Shown here one piece after another: positions 29,379 to 38,729 of a stretch of DNA of 64,000 nt. How positions within the stretch are numbered: the stretch's first letter is position 1; each line of letters opens with the position of its first letter. The notes under the pieces are model-generated. The model was not told the origin of the DNA and did not search any database. It saw only the letters and a list, made by a program, of their open reading frames with translations. The stretch comes from Gammaproteobacteria bacterium. GTDB lineage: Bacteria > Pseudomonadota > Gammaproteobacteria > Eutrophobiales > Eutrophobiaceae. The position numbers and the translations under genes were made by a program. The stretch lies in the NCBI GenBank assembly GCA_965215365.1, contig CBDCDS010000003.1, forward strand, positions 1,216,001 through 1,280,000. Reading direction: 5' to 3'.

Positions 29379-30652
29379 TGCGGCTTTTATACAGTCTGGC
29401 GCTATACCTGTGCGCGCCGCTGGTGCTGTGTTACCTGCTGTTGCGGGGAGTGCAAAACCACGCTTACCGACAACGCATTCCCGAACGCTTCGGCTGCATC
29501 CGGGCGGCAGACTCCGTAGCACCGGTGATCTGGGTGCACGCGGTATCCGTGGGCGAGGTACAGGCCGCAGCCACCCTGGTGCGCCGGTTGCTCGACGCCT
29601 ACCCGCATTACCGGGTGTTGCTGACCACGGTGACGCCCACCGGCGCGGCGCAGGCCAAGGCGCTGTTCGCCGGGGCGGTGGAGCATCGCTACCTGCCTTA
29701 CGACCTGCCCCATGCCGTGCGTCTGTTCCTGCGCCGGGTCAAGCCGCGCCTGTTGGTGATCCTGGAAACGGAAATCTGGCCGAACTTGCTCTACCATTGC
29801 CACCGCCGCGGGATTCCCACAATTCTGGTCAACGCCAGATTGTCCGCCGCTTCCTACCGCGCTTACCTGAGGTTCCGGTGTTTATCCGCGCCGGCCGTGC
29901 GCTGGCTGAGCCATATCGCGGCTCGGGGCGAGCCAGACGCAACGCGCTTCTTGGCACTGGGTGCCGACCCGGACCGGGTCTCGATAACGGGCGACCTGAA
30001 GTTCGATATGGCCATGCAGGATGCTGCTGGGGTCAACGCGTCATCACTGCGGCGCACTGTTGCGGGCGCGCGTCCGGTCTGGATCGCGGCCAGCACCCAC
30101 GCCGCTGAAGAGGAGCCGGTGCTGGATGCCTTCGACCGGGTCCGGGAAACGGTTGCGGACTGCCTGTTGATCATTGCGCCGCGCCATCCCGAACGCTTCG
30201 ACCGGGTGTATGACCGCTGCCGAAGGCGTGGTCGGGTCGTTGTCAGGCACACCGACGCACCGCGCGCCGCACCTGAGGAGGCGGATGTTTACCTGCTGGA
30301 TACGCTGGGAGAACTCAGCCGCTTCTACGGCTGTGCCGATGTGGCCTTCATCGGCGGCAGTCTGACCCCGGCCGGCGGCCACAATGTGCTGGAAGCCGCC
30401 GCCCTGGGCGTGCCCCTGGTCACTGGTGAACATACCGCTAATTTCACTGAAATTATCGACCTGTTCAAGGCTGAGCAGGCGCTGGCAATCGTCGCCGATG
30501 CCGAACAACTGGCCGCGGCCGTGACCCGCCTGTTACAGGATGAGCCGCTACGACAAACCTGCGGCCGGCACGGTCAACGATTGGTACAACAGCAGCAGGG
30601 TGCCACCGACGCAGTCATGGCATTACTGGAACGATACTCGGGCCCCGGCTGA
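29378..30652 (+). CDS. waaA: Kdo transferase
   Basis: IWVHAVSVGE, ETEIWPN, AASTH..EE, APRHPERF, GGHN.LE. Confidence 0.95.
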   Translation: MRLLYSLALYLCAPLVLCYLLLRGVQNHAYRQRIPERFGCIRAADSVAPVIWVHAVSVGEVQAAATLVRRLLDAYPHYRVLLTTVTPTGAAQAKALFAGAVEHRYLPYDLPHAVRLFLRRVKPRLLVILETEIWPNLLYHCHRRGIPTILVNARLSAASYRAYLRFRCLSAPAVRWLSHIAARGEPDATRFLALGADPDRVSITGDLKFDMAMQDAAGVNASSLRRTVAGARPVWIAASTHAAEEEPVLDAFDRVRETVADCLLIIAPRHPERFDRVYDRCRRRGRVVVRHTDAPRAAPEEADVYLLDTLGELSRFYGCADVAFIGGSLTPAGGHNVLEAAALGVPLVTGEHTANFTEIIDLFKAEQALAIVADAEQLAAAVTRLLQDEPLRQTCGRHGQRLVQQQQGATDAVMALLERYSGPG

Positions 30653-30732
30653 CGTTATGGCCGGCATCATTGATTTTAACGATATATCCATGTATCTTGG
30701 GAGCTCTATATGGTTATTGAGGAGATTGACCC

Positions 30733-31104
30733 ATGTTCAAGGCAACAACAATAATTCTGACCCTTGCGCTGCCCACAGTTGCGGCAGCCGCCGGATTTCC
30801 GACCGTTGAAACGGTCCGGCAGGTCGTCGGTTGCATGGCGCAACTTGGCGGTCAAACGGAAGAGAATTTATTGACATGCGCCTGTCGGCAGGACGTCATT
30901 GAGGCCGAATTGAGCTTTAACGCGTTCGAACAGGGCAGCCTGCAGGAGCGCTACAACAAAATGCCGGGCAAACGCGGCGGCCTGTTCCGCGACGATGAGG
31001 TCAGCAAGGGCCAGCTTGAGCAGTTAGAGGCCGTCAGGAAGCAAGCGGATACGATGTGTCCGGCAGTGAAGCGCGTCACCGCCCCGCCCCGGCCGGGGAA
31101 TTAA
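30733..31104 (+). CDS. Small exported Cys-containing protein of PQQ-dehydrogenase clusters
   Basis: Signal peptide, FPT...V.GCM...C.C..D pattern; next to SoxYZ-like gene. Confidence 0.7.
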   Translation: MFKATTIILTLALPTVAAAAGFPTVETVRQVVGCMAQLGGQTEENLLTCACRQDVIEAELSFNAFEQGSLQERYNKMPGKRGGLFRDDEVSKGQLEQLEAVRKQADTMCPAVKRVTAPPRPGN

Positions 31105-31172
31105 CGCTCGTCATAGCGGGCAATCCTTGCCCGCTATCCAGTCTGTGACGAGCCGGCGTATCGCCGTCCCGC

Positions 31173-32009
31173 CTAATTGATCGCGAACTCAGACGACCAG
31201 TGCGCGTTTTTGGTGTCGGTTGCTTCCACCGTCAGCACGCCCTCGGTTTCCGGTACAAAGAAGAAGCGCAGGCTGGGGTCCATGCTGATGGCAAAGGTTA
31301 ATTGCGCTTTCATAATCGGCGCCCCGTTGTAGCTGACATTCAGGGTGTTGACAAAATGCGCGGGGGGGTGGACATGGGAGCCGATACGCAGCGGTTGCAG
31401 ACCGGTGATATTCGGATGTTTTATCTTCAGTTGTATCAGGTTCGGTTTGGCGTACTCGACATCCCCGATCAGCTTCATCTTCATCTCGCCCATATTGGCA
31501 ATGGAATCGTCGATACTTTTCGGCGGCGGCGCAGAGCAGGCGCCCATGGCGCGCACGAAGCTCTTGCCCATGTGCAGTTCGCCGTTATTCAGCTCGGCAA
31601 TCACGCGTACATAAGTGTGGTCGTTCACGCGCACGCGCAGGGCCAGGTCGGCCTTGCCGCTGTCCGGCGTAAAGTCGAATATGCCCACCAGCGGCACCGG
31701 GTTCTTGTCAATGAAAACATGCATGCGTTGCACGTACAGCTCATCGGTCTGAGGAAACCGGGTATGGATGGAGACCGGGGTCAGCGCCGCGTCTTCCGCC
31801 CGATACGGCGCCTTGACTTCCAGCACATTCTGCTCGGCATCCTCAAATATTTCCCGATCCTGGAACGTGGCTGCCCGCAGGTTCTCCTCCCAGGCCTCAT
31901 CCGACAGCTTCTGACGCCAATCGCTGGGCATGACGTCGGCCCACGCAGTGGTGGCGGTGATGAGTATTGCGGCGACAGATACAAATGCCTTGGCGATTAT
32001 GTTTGACAT
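31173..32009 (-). CDS. Quinoprotein dehydrogenase-associated SoxYZ-like carrier
   Basis: APYRAEDAA..P, IDKNPVP, GACSAPP, HPNITGLQ, ISMDP. Confidence 0.88.
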   Translation of the reverse strand: MSNIIAKAFVSVAAILITATTAWADVMPSDWRQKLSDEAWEENLRAATFQDREIFEDAEQNVLEVKAPYRAEDAALTPVSIHTRFPQTDELYVQRMHVFIDKNPVPLVGIFDFTPDSGKADLALRVRVNDHTYVRVIAELNNGELHMGKSFVRAMGACSAPPPKSIDDSIANMGEMKMKLIGDVEYAKPNLIQLKIKHPNITGLQPLRIGSHVHPPAHFVNTLNVSYNGAPIMKAQLTFAISMDPSLRFFFVPETEGVLTVEATDTKNAHWSSEFAIN

Positions 32010-32143
32010 TGCGAACCTCGCTGGTTTTAATAAGTCGCACGACCAATATATTACCTGGCATGTTGCGCTCTGGTCAAACCCGAGCGGATATTTGCTTGAC
32101 ACCTTCCCGAATTAAGGCGCAATATGCGACGATGTAAAAAAAC

Positions 32144-32172
32144 TTGCTTGCTATATGAAAATTTCCTATACT
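32144..32172 (+). promoter_or_regulatory. Putative sigma70 promoter of xoxF
   Basis: TTGCTT-17 nt-TATACT. Confidence 0.55.
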
Positions 32173-32412
32173 CTGCGATGTCGCACCGATAACCGGTGCG
32201 CTCTGGTGAGAAGCGGGGTGATGGCGGCAGGGATTAAAGCAATCGATAATCAAAACAAAAAATCGGAATACTGTATGGTGGACACTATGCAGTGTTGATG
32301 TGTGGGCGGCGCTCTGATATTGTACTCTCAGCTATCTTTCACGATCTCGAGATAGCGGGGAGATCAGAAAAATCGAGATCAACTGTAATATAAACAAAAC
32401 GAGGAGGAGGTC

Positions 32413-34419
32413 ATGAGTAAATTTTCCTTCAGTAAGTGGATAATTGTCCCTCTGGCCCTGTTCGTGTCTGTATCAGTTTACGCCAATGACGGCGTGCGCA
32501 AGCTGATGGAGAACCCGAACTACTGGGTCTATCCGGGTGGCAATTACTGGAACTGGCGTTATTCTGAACTGGACCAGATTAACAACAAAAACGCCGGTGA
32601 CCTGGTGGCTGCGTGGACGTTCTCAACGGGACGTTTGCAGGGCCATGAGGGAGGTCCACTCGTCTTGCCGCCAAGTGAGACGGGTCTGGATTCCGATCAT
32701 CTGTTCATTCACGCATCATTCCCGAATGATGTTTTCGCCATTGATCTTGAGACCCTGGAAATTACCTGGGACTTCGTACCCCCTCAGGACGAAGCGGAAA
32801 CTGTTCCGAAAATGTGCTGTGATATCGTTAACCGCGGTCTCGGCTACAGCATGGGTCAGATCTACCTGCAGGCCGCCGACACCACCTTGTATGCTCTGAG
32901 CCCGAAGGACGGCAGCATTATCTGGCAGACCAAGAACGGCGCCGACATCTCTGACGACATGGTTGGCCCGAGCGCCGACGGCAGAGGCTATGGCCCGCAC
33001 AACGGTATGACCAACACCAATGCCCCGCACCCGATTAAGGACAAAGTCTTTACCGGTTGCTCCGGCGCTGAGTTTGGCGTGCGTTGCTGGATCGCAGCTT
33101 TCAATGCCAAAGACGGCAGTCTGGCTTGGCGCGCCTACAGCATGGGTCCGGATGAAGACATGCTCTTCGACCCGGAAAATACCATGTCCATGGGCGAGCC
33201 GGTCGGTGCTGATTCGTCGCTGAAGACCTGGTGCAAGTTCGACGCTGAGGTTGGCACCGGCAAGAGCTCCTGGGGCGAAATGGCCCTGCGCGCCAACTCT
33301 GCTGACGAGCGTCTCTGCGAGGAGACCTCCGACCAGTGGAAGATTGGCGGCGGTTCTGTCTGGGGCTGGTGGCCGGCCGATTTCGATGAGAATCTGATGT
33401 ACTACGGCAACGGCAACCCCGGTACCTGGAACCCGGTCGTACGTCCTGGTGACAACAAGTGGAGCATGAGTATTTTTGCTCGTGACATCGACACCGGTAT
33501 GGCGCGTTGGGTTTACCAGATGACGCCTCACGACGAGTGGGACTATGATGGTATCAATGAAATGATCCTGGCCGACATGACGGTTAAGGGTCAGGACAAT
33601 GTGCCTTCACTGGTGCACTTCGACCGTAACGGTTTTGCCTACACCATGAACCGTAAAACCGGCGAGCTGCTGGTGGCTGAGAAGTATGATCCGGCTGTCA
33701 ACTGGGCGACCCATGTTGATATGAAGACGGGTTACCCTCAGGTTGTCAACTCGTACAGCACGCACTTCAACGGTCAGGACGTGACCTCCAAGGACATCTG
33801 CCCCGCAGCATTGGGCACCAAGGACCAGCAACCTGCTGCCTACTCTCCGCGTACCGGACTGTTCTACGTACCCACCAACCACGTTTGCATGACCTATGAG
33901 CCGGTCAGCTACGAGGCGGGTGGCGTGACCTACGAGCAGGCTGCCGGTAGCTGGTATGTGAATGCCAACCTGACCATGTATCCTGCTGGCCAGGTCATGG
34001 GCAACGGCACCACCAACATGGGCAACTTCATTGCTTGGGATGCCGGCGAAGGCAAGATCGTATGGTCTATTCCCGAGCGCTGGTCAGTGTGGAGTGGTGT
34101 GTTGACGACTGCCGGCGATGTCGCTTTCTACGGCACGCTTGAAGGCTATGCCAAAGCAGTTGATGCCAACAGCGGCAAATTGCTGTGGCAGTTCAAGACC
34201 CCGTCCGGCATTATCGGTAACTTCCACACCTGGACGCACAAGGGCAAGCAGTACGTTGGTGTTCTCTCTGGCATCGGCGGCTGGGCTGGCGCAGTGGTAG
34301 CCATCCCGGTACTGCGTGAAATGGACGGCGGCGCTGCTCTGGGCGCTGTGGGCGGCTATCGCTCCCTGTGGAATTCAACACGTAACAGTGGCGTGTTGAT
34401 GGTGTTCGCCCTGCCGTAG
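32413..34419 (+). CDS. xoxF: Lanthanide-dependent methanol dehydrogenase
   Basis: CCD.VNRG, SGAEFGVR, GNPGTWNP..RPGDNKW, HDEWDYDGINE (extra Ln-binding Asp), CPAALGTKDQQPAA; strong SD GAGGAGGAGG. Confidence 0.95.
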   Translation: MSKFSFSKWIIVPLALFVSVSVYANDGVRKLMENPNYWVYPGGNYWNWRYSELDQINNKNAGDLVAAWTFSTGRLQGHEGGPLVLPPSETGLDSDHLFIHASFPNDVFAIDLETLEITWDFVPPQDEAETVPKMCCDIVNRGLGYSMGQIYLQAADTTLYALSPKDGSIIWQTKNGADISDDMVGPSADGRGYGPHNGMTNTNAPHPIKDKVFTGCSGAEFGVRCWIAAFNAKDGSLAWRAYSMGPDEDMLFDPENTMSMGEPVGADSSLKTWCKFDAEVGTGKSSWGEMALRANSADERLCEETSDQWKIGGGSVWGWWPADFDENLMYYGNGNPGTWNPVVRPGDNKWSMSIFARDIDTGMARWVYQMTPHDEWDYDGINEMILADMTVKGQDNVPSLVHFDRNGFAYTMNRKTGELLVAEKYDPAVNWATHVDMKTGYPQVVNSYSTHFNGQDVTSKDICPAALGTKDQQPAAYSPRTGLFYVPTNHVCMTYEPVSYEAGGVTYEQAAGSWYVNANLTMYPAGQVMGNGTTNMGNFIAWDAGEGKIVWSIPERWSVWSGVLTTAGDVAFYGTLEGYAKAVDANSGKLLWQFKTPSGIIGNFHTWTHKGKQYVGVLSGIGGWAGAVVAIPVLREMDGGAALGAVGGYRSLWNSTRNSGVLMVFALP

Positions 34420-34451
34420 GTCGAACAAACCCACTCACTGAGTTTGTACCG

Positions 34452-34486
34452 AATCCCCGGTATCTTTGATGCCGGGGATTTTTTTA
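34452..34486 (+). terminator. Rho-independent terminator after xoxF
   Basis: AATCCCCGGTATC-TTT-GATGCCGGGGATT followed by a T-run. Confidence 0.85.
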
Positions 34487-34662
34487 TGGAACCAACAGTT
34501 ACCTTATCAATCAAAAGGTGAGTATGTGTTTTCCAATATGAAATGAGACTGAAGGGCGGGTGTGTACCGTTTATGTCTGTTTGTGTTAGAATGGCGCCTT
34601 TCGGAGCCTCTGGTAAAGGGGTTCGCAACAAGTTTCATATAAAACCAGAGGGAATTCTAAAC

Positions 34663-35133
34663 ATGTCTGTAACAAAAATACTCACGGCCGCTTTGTTTAT
34701 TGTATGTGCCTTGCCGGCGGCCGGTCAGCAAACCCATGTTGTCAATGCGGAAGCGCGTATCTTCAATCCGGATGTGATCTATGTGCAACCGGGCGAATAT
34801 GTCAAATTCGTGAACATGACCTCCCACGACACCGTCTCAATTAACCAGGTGCCGCTGCCTGACGGCAAGGTATTTGAAGGAATGCTGCCTGCAGGCGCCG
34901 AAGGTTGGAAAAGTGGGATGGGCAACAATATTACCTTGCAACTGGACATAGAAGGAGTGTACCCCTATGTGTGCGTGCCTCATATCGGCTTCGGTATGGT
35001 GGGTGTTATCGTAGTGGGTGAGCCCGTGAACATTGATATAGCCATGGAAAATGCGAAAGCCAATCTCACAGGACCTTACCGACGCCTGATTGGCAAGCTG
35101 CTTAAGGTGCAACGAGCTGTCAAAGCAGGTTGA
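34663..35133 (+). CDS. Pseudoazurin-like type-1 blue copper protein
   Basis: Signal peptide, F.PD...VQPG..V.F, upstream His (SHD), C-x2-H-x4-M (YVCVPHIGFGMVG.IVVGEP.N). Confidence 0.9.
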   Translation: MSVTKILTAALFIVCALPAAGQQTHVVNAEARIFNPDVIYVQPGEYVKFVNMTSHDTVSINQVPLPDGKVFEGMLPAGAEGWKSGMGNNITLQLDIEGVYPYVCVPHIGFGMVGVIVVGEPVNIDIAMENAKANLTGPYRRLIGKLLKVQRAVKAG

Positions 35134-35173
35134 TAACCCCAGTAAGATAGATAACCCCAGAAGGTAGATAACA

Positions 35174-36040
35174 ATGAAACGATATTACCTGACGTGCCTG
35201 TTGCTGCTGTCCGCCATGCCCGCCATGGCGGTTAATGTCGAGGAAATGACTACCCTGAAAGTATGCGCAGACCCGTACATGCTGCCCTTTTCCAACCGCC
35301 AGGAACAGGGCTTCGAGAACAGGATAGCCGAGTTGTTCGCCGAGAAGCTGGGCGTGGATTTGCAGTATGAATTCTTCCCTCAGCGTATAGGCTTTATCCG
35401 CAATACCCTCAAGGCCGAATCCGAGTCAGGCCCCGGTTACAAGTGCGACCTGGTGATGAGTGCGCCGGTCAACTTCGAACGAGCGGCGGCTACCCGACCT
35501 TATTACACATCTTCTTATGCACTGGTGCTGGTCAAGGGGCGGGGCATGGATGATGTGACCTCGCCGGAAATGCTGGTGGAACGGGTCAATGATGGTTTGC
35601 GCATCAAGTTCGGCGTCACCGATCGTGGCCAGGACCAGTTCTGGGTGGCGGCCAATGGCATGATGGGAAGCATGATCCCTTATCAGGGGCAGCCCGGCGA
35701 CCCTGAAGAGTATCCCGGCAAGACCATGACTGAAGATCTGATTTCAGGAAAAATCGACGCGGCGATTATCTGGGGGCCTATCGTCGGCTATTTTTCCAGA
35801 ACCATGGCCGGCGGCGAGAATCTCATCATGCTGCCATTGCGCGATGATCCCGTGAATCCCTACCTGAAGTTCAGCTTCACCGTGGCCATGGCGGTCCGGC
35901 ATGGGGAACAGGAATGGCGCGAGCAAGTCAACCAGCTCATTGCCGAAAACCAGACCGAAATAGACGCCATCATGGAGGATTTTGGGGTGCCATTGCTGCC
36001 GTTGGAAGAAATTCAAGTACAGGACGATGATGACGACTGA
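35174..36040 (+). CDS. xoxJ: XoxJ/MxaJ-like periplasmic binding protein
   Basis: LKVCADP..LPFSN...GFENRIAE, GFIRNTL, CDLV, T.PYY.S.Y, WGP..GY. Confidence 0.9.
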   Translation: MKRYYLTCLLLLSAMPAMAVNVEEMTTLKVCADPYMLPFSNRQEQGFENRIAELFAEKLGVDLQYEFFPQRIGFIRNTLKAESESGPGYKCDLVMSAPVNFERAAATRPYYTSSYALVLVKGRGMDDVTSPEMLVERVNDGLRIKFGVTDRGQDQFWVAANGMMGSMIPYQGQPGDPEEYPGKTMTEDLISGKIDAAIIWGPIVGYFSRTMAGGENLIMLPLRDDPVNPYLKFSFTVAMAVRHGEQEWREQVNQLIAENQTEIDAIMEDFGVPLLPLEEIQVQDDDDD

Positions 36041-36800
36041 AACAGGCCTTCAGCTGCGGGTCATTGCTGGCATCCTGTGGTTACTTCTGGCGTCGTTCGC
36101 GCTGGCCGAAGATGAGGCTGAAGAGATAGCAGTCAAGGGCGCGACGCTGGGCCGGATGGGCGACTCAGCGGTGGTTGACCCGGCTACCTACGAGTTTGCC
36201 GCGGCAGAAAAAAAACTCTGGCTGGACAACCACCTGCAAAATATCAGCAGCCCGGGCCGGCTGTATTACGATTTTGTCAAGCGGGGGACGTTTGAGCAGG
36301 GTTTCAGCGACTCCGTTTACCTGGACATCCTGGCGATTAACGAGGATGGCAGCAAAAATGCGGATCTGGAATTCTTCACTGCAGAGCGCCAGCAGAGTGT
36401 GCGTCGCGACAATCTGGTCAATGTCACCGGCAACCCGGTGCTGACCATCTACATGCAGGGTGATGTCTATGAGATGAACCGCCTGACCGAGGGCAGCTGG
36501 CGTTATTTTCAGCGGCGCATCAAGTCGGCCTTTGCTGACGGCGCCACCATAGAGCCGGTGACCTTTGAGTATGACGGTGGGCAGGTGAGCGGGGAGAAAA
36601 TATCCATTACCCCGTACCTCAACGACCCCAGGCGCCGCCAGTTTGCCGCATTCGCCCCCAAGCTGTATGAGTTCATCCTGTCGGACCAGGTGCCAGGGAA
36701 GTTATACCGGATCAAGACCGTCATCCCGGGCGCCTCGCCGGACCAGGAACCGTTGATAGAAGAGATCCTCACCCTGCAAAGCGCAGAGTTCACGAACTGA
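36027..36800 (+). CDS. Exported hypothetical protein overlapping the xoxJ end
   Basis: Signal/TM segment, uninterrupted ORF with RYFQRRIK, ITPYLNDP, LSDQVPG. Confidence 0.75.
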   Translation: MMTTETGLQLRVIAGILWLLLASFALAEDEAEEIAVKGATLGRMGDSAVVDPATYEFAAAEKKLWLDNHLQNISSPGRLYYDFVKRGTFEQGFSDSVYLDILAINEDGSKNADLEFFTAERQQSVRRDNLVNVTGNPVLTIYMQGDVYEMNRLTEGSWRYFQRRIKSAFADGATIEPVTFEYDGGQVSGEKISITPYLNDPRRRQFAAFAPKLYEFILSDQVPGKLYRIKTVIPGASPDQEPLIEEILTLQSAEFTN

Positions 36801-36815
36801 ACTGCTGGTAATCTC

Positions 36816-36840
36816 CAGCCCGCATATCTCACCAAGTCGC
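36816..36840. mobile_element. Family A MITE TIR remnant
   Basis: CAGCCCGCATATCTCACCAAGTCGC. Confidence 0.75.
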
Positions 36841-36845
36841 TGCCA

Positions 36846-37676
36846 TCATCTCGCCACGTTCAGCAGCACCATCACTTCACCCTTGCCGCCGTTTGCCAAG
36901 TCGCCGCGGTACAGGCGCACCTCCGGGCCGAAGTTGCGGAACAAGCGGTAACGGCTGCCCATACGGGATAGCTGTTTGAAGAACAGGCGCAGGTATTCCA
37001 TCTTCAGCGCGCCGCAGCTTGCCAGGGTGGCGCCAAGCTGCTGCGGCCGTTGGCCCAGGATAATGGCGCCGCGTTTCATCCCGTAACCCGGCAGCTTGCC
37101 GGCCTTGCCCAGGATCAGGAGGGTACCGGCCACCATGCCGGCGCCACTGAAATCACCGGCATTGCCGCCGATCATAATCATGCCGCGTCGCATTCTCCCG
37201 CCGACATGCGTGCCGGCGTTGCCCCACACCGTGATCAGACCGTCACGCATCCCGTACCGGCCGGTGTGGGCGCCGGTGCCGATATGATCACCGGCGTCAC
37301 CTTCCACCTCAATTCGGCCCCAGTGCATGTCGAAGCCGAGCCGGTCACCGCAATCGCCGCTGACGTGGATAACGCCGCCCTTCATGCCATGCCCTAAGTA
37401 GCTGCCGCCATGGGCTTTAACATGAATCGCCCCGCGGGTCATTCCCGCTCCGATCCGGGTCACCCGTTCCGTAGTGCGGCGCAGCTCGAGGCGCTCCGGG
37501 TCGTCTCCGCTGATGGAAAACAATTCTCCCACTCGCGTCAGCCTAGAACCGTAAGTCAGCTCAATGTTGCTGACGTCCTCTACACTCAACAATCGATCCG
37601 GAGTCAACGAGGATAAGTCCAGCGACCCGCGCGGCCTATGCTTCAAAGTAAAAATCACGCTGTAATATCCCAACAA
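36846..37676 (-). CDS. fhcC: Formyltransferase/hydrolase complex subunit C (start uncertain)
   Basis: LDLS.LTPD, GxxMxxG beta-helix repeats. Confidence 0.92.
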   Translation of the reverse strand: MLGYYSVIFTLKHRPRGSLDLSSLTPDRLLSVEDVSNIELTYGSRLTRVGELFSISGDDPERLELRRTTERVTRIGAGMTRGAIHVKAHGGSYLGHGMKGGVIHVSGDCGDRLGFDMHWGRIEVEGDAGDHIGTGAHTGRYGMRDGLITVWGNAGTHVGGRMRRGMIMIGGNAGDFSGAGMVAGTLLILGKAGKLPGYGMKRGAIILGQRPQQLGATLASCGALKMEYLRLFFKQLSRMGSRYRLFRNFGPEVRLYRGDLANGGKGEVMVLLNVAR

Positions 37677-37770
37677 AAAGTAAAAACATCTGCGCTAATC
37701 TGCGTCATCTGCGGACAAGAATGAACAAAAAGTAAAAACATCTGCGCTAATCTGCGTCATCTGCGGACAA
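37672..37770. repeat. Two identical 47-bp units, period 52
   Basis: AACAAAAAGTAAAAACATCTGCGCTAATCTGCGTCATCTGCGGACAA x2; inverted relative at 38689-38718. Confidence 0.9.
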
Positions 37771-37776
37771 CATGGC

Positions 37777-38673
37777 TCACCCCAATATCTCTCGCAAATG
37801 AAAATGGTGCGGCCCCAGTTTCCCGCCATAGTTCCCGGCGCCGATACGGTAGATGCCTCGCTCCGGCCCGTTCTCGCAAGCCGCCTCAATACCAATGCGC
37901 ATGGCCGTGCGAATGGCGTCCTCGCTCAGACCGTCGATGACGATCTCCAGTACGGAACCGATCTCCTCGCTCAGCATACTGTCCACCTGGCCTTTCAGAG
38001 TAGGGCAGAACACCTCGTTGGTCGAGGCGGGTAAAAACGAATATCTCGACCCCACCTTGGAACCGGAACCGACGATGCCGCCGGGGAAGGTAGTCACCAT
38101 GCCCTTTACCGCCTGCATCGCTTGCACCGCTTTCTCGCAGGCGTTGAGGCATTGGCGCGAGGTTTTGGCCATGACCAGAAAGTTACCGCCGCCGATGCCC
38201 GGCACTACGCCGGCGCTCTCCTCACACAGGAATTCGCCGTGCATCACCGGGATGCGCCAGTAACGGATGCCGTTCAGTACCTTCGATATCTGGTAGCCAT
38301 CACCGAAATAGCGCAGGCTTTTCCCCAGCGGCAACATGGTGTCGCTGTAGGTGCCGGCAAAACAGGCGCTAGTGGCGGTGGTCATCACCGATTGCCCCAC
38401 CCGTCGGATAAGCTGGTCGGCCAGTTGCGATTTGGACATGGCGAACATGATGATGGCCACCCCGGGCCGGCCGTCCGGCGTCTGCTCCGGCGGCAACTCC
38501 CCCTCGATGCCCGCTTCGCAACCACAGGCGATTACCGAAGAAGCAAACCCGGTCAACGCCTGAGCCGCAATGTAAGCATACTTCATGTTTATTGCGGTAA
38601 TGAGCAAGCGCGTGGCCTTCATGGGAAAGGCCTCGGCAAAGGTGTCGTCGATGGTTACGCCGTTAATTTTCAT
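37777..38673 (-). CDS. fhcD: Formylmethanofuran-H4MPT formyltransferase
   Basis: IDDTFAEAF, SVIACGCEAGI, TPDGRPG, GSKVGS, GNYGGKLG. Confidence 0.95.
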   Translation of the reverse strand: MKINGVTIDDTFAEAFPMKATRLLITAINMKYAYIAAQALTGFASSVIACGCEAGIEGELPPEQTPDGRPGVAIIMFAMSKSQLADQLIRRVGQSVMTTATSACFAGTYSDTMLPLGKSLRYFGDGYQISKVLNGIRYWRIPVMHGEFLCEESAGVVPGIGGGNFLVMAKTSRQCLNACEKAVQAMQAVKGMVTTFPGGIVGSGSKVGSRYSFLPASTNEVFCPTLKGQVDSMLSEEIGSVLEIVIDGLSEDAIRTAMRIGIEAACENGPERGIYRIGAGNYGGKLGPHHFHLREILG

Positions 38674-38729
38674 GATAACTATTTTGTGTGTCCGCAGCTG
38701 GCGCAGATTAACGCAGATTATGCGTATAA

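Noticed and set aside
37672-37770. Possible CRISPR mini-array
   Set aside because: Only two units with a 5-bp gap, no spacers, no cas genes in the window.
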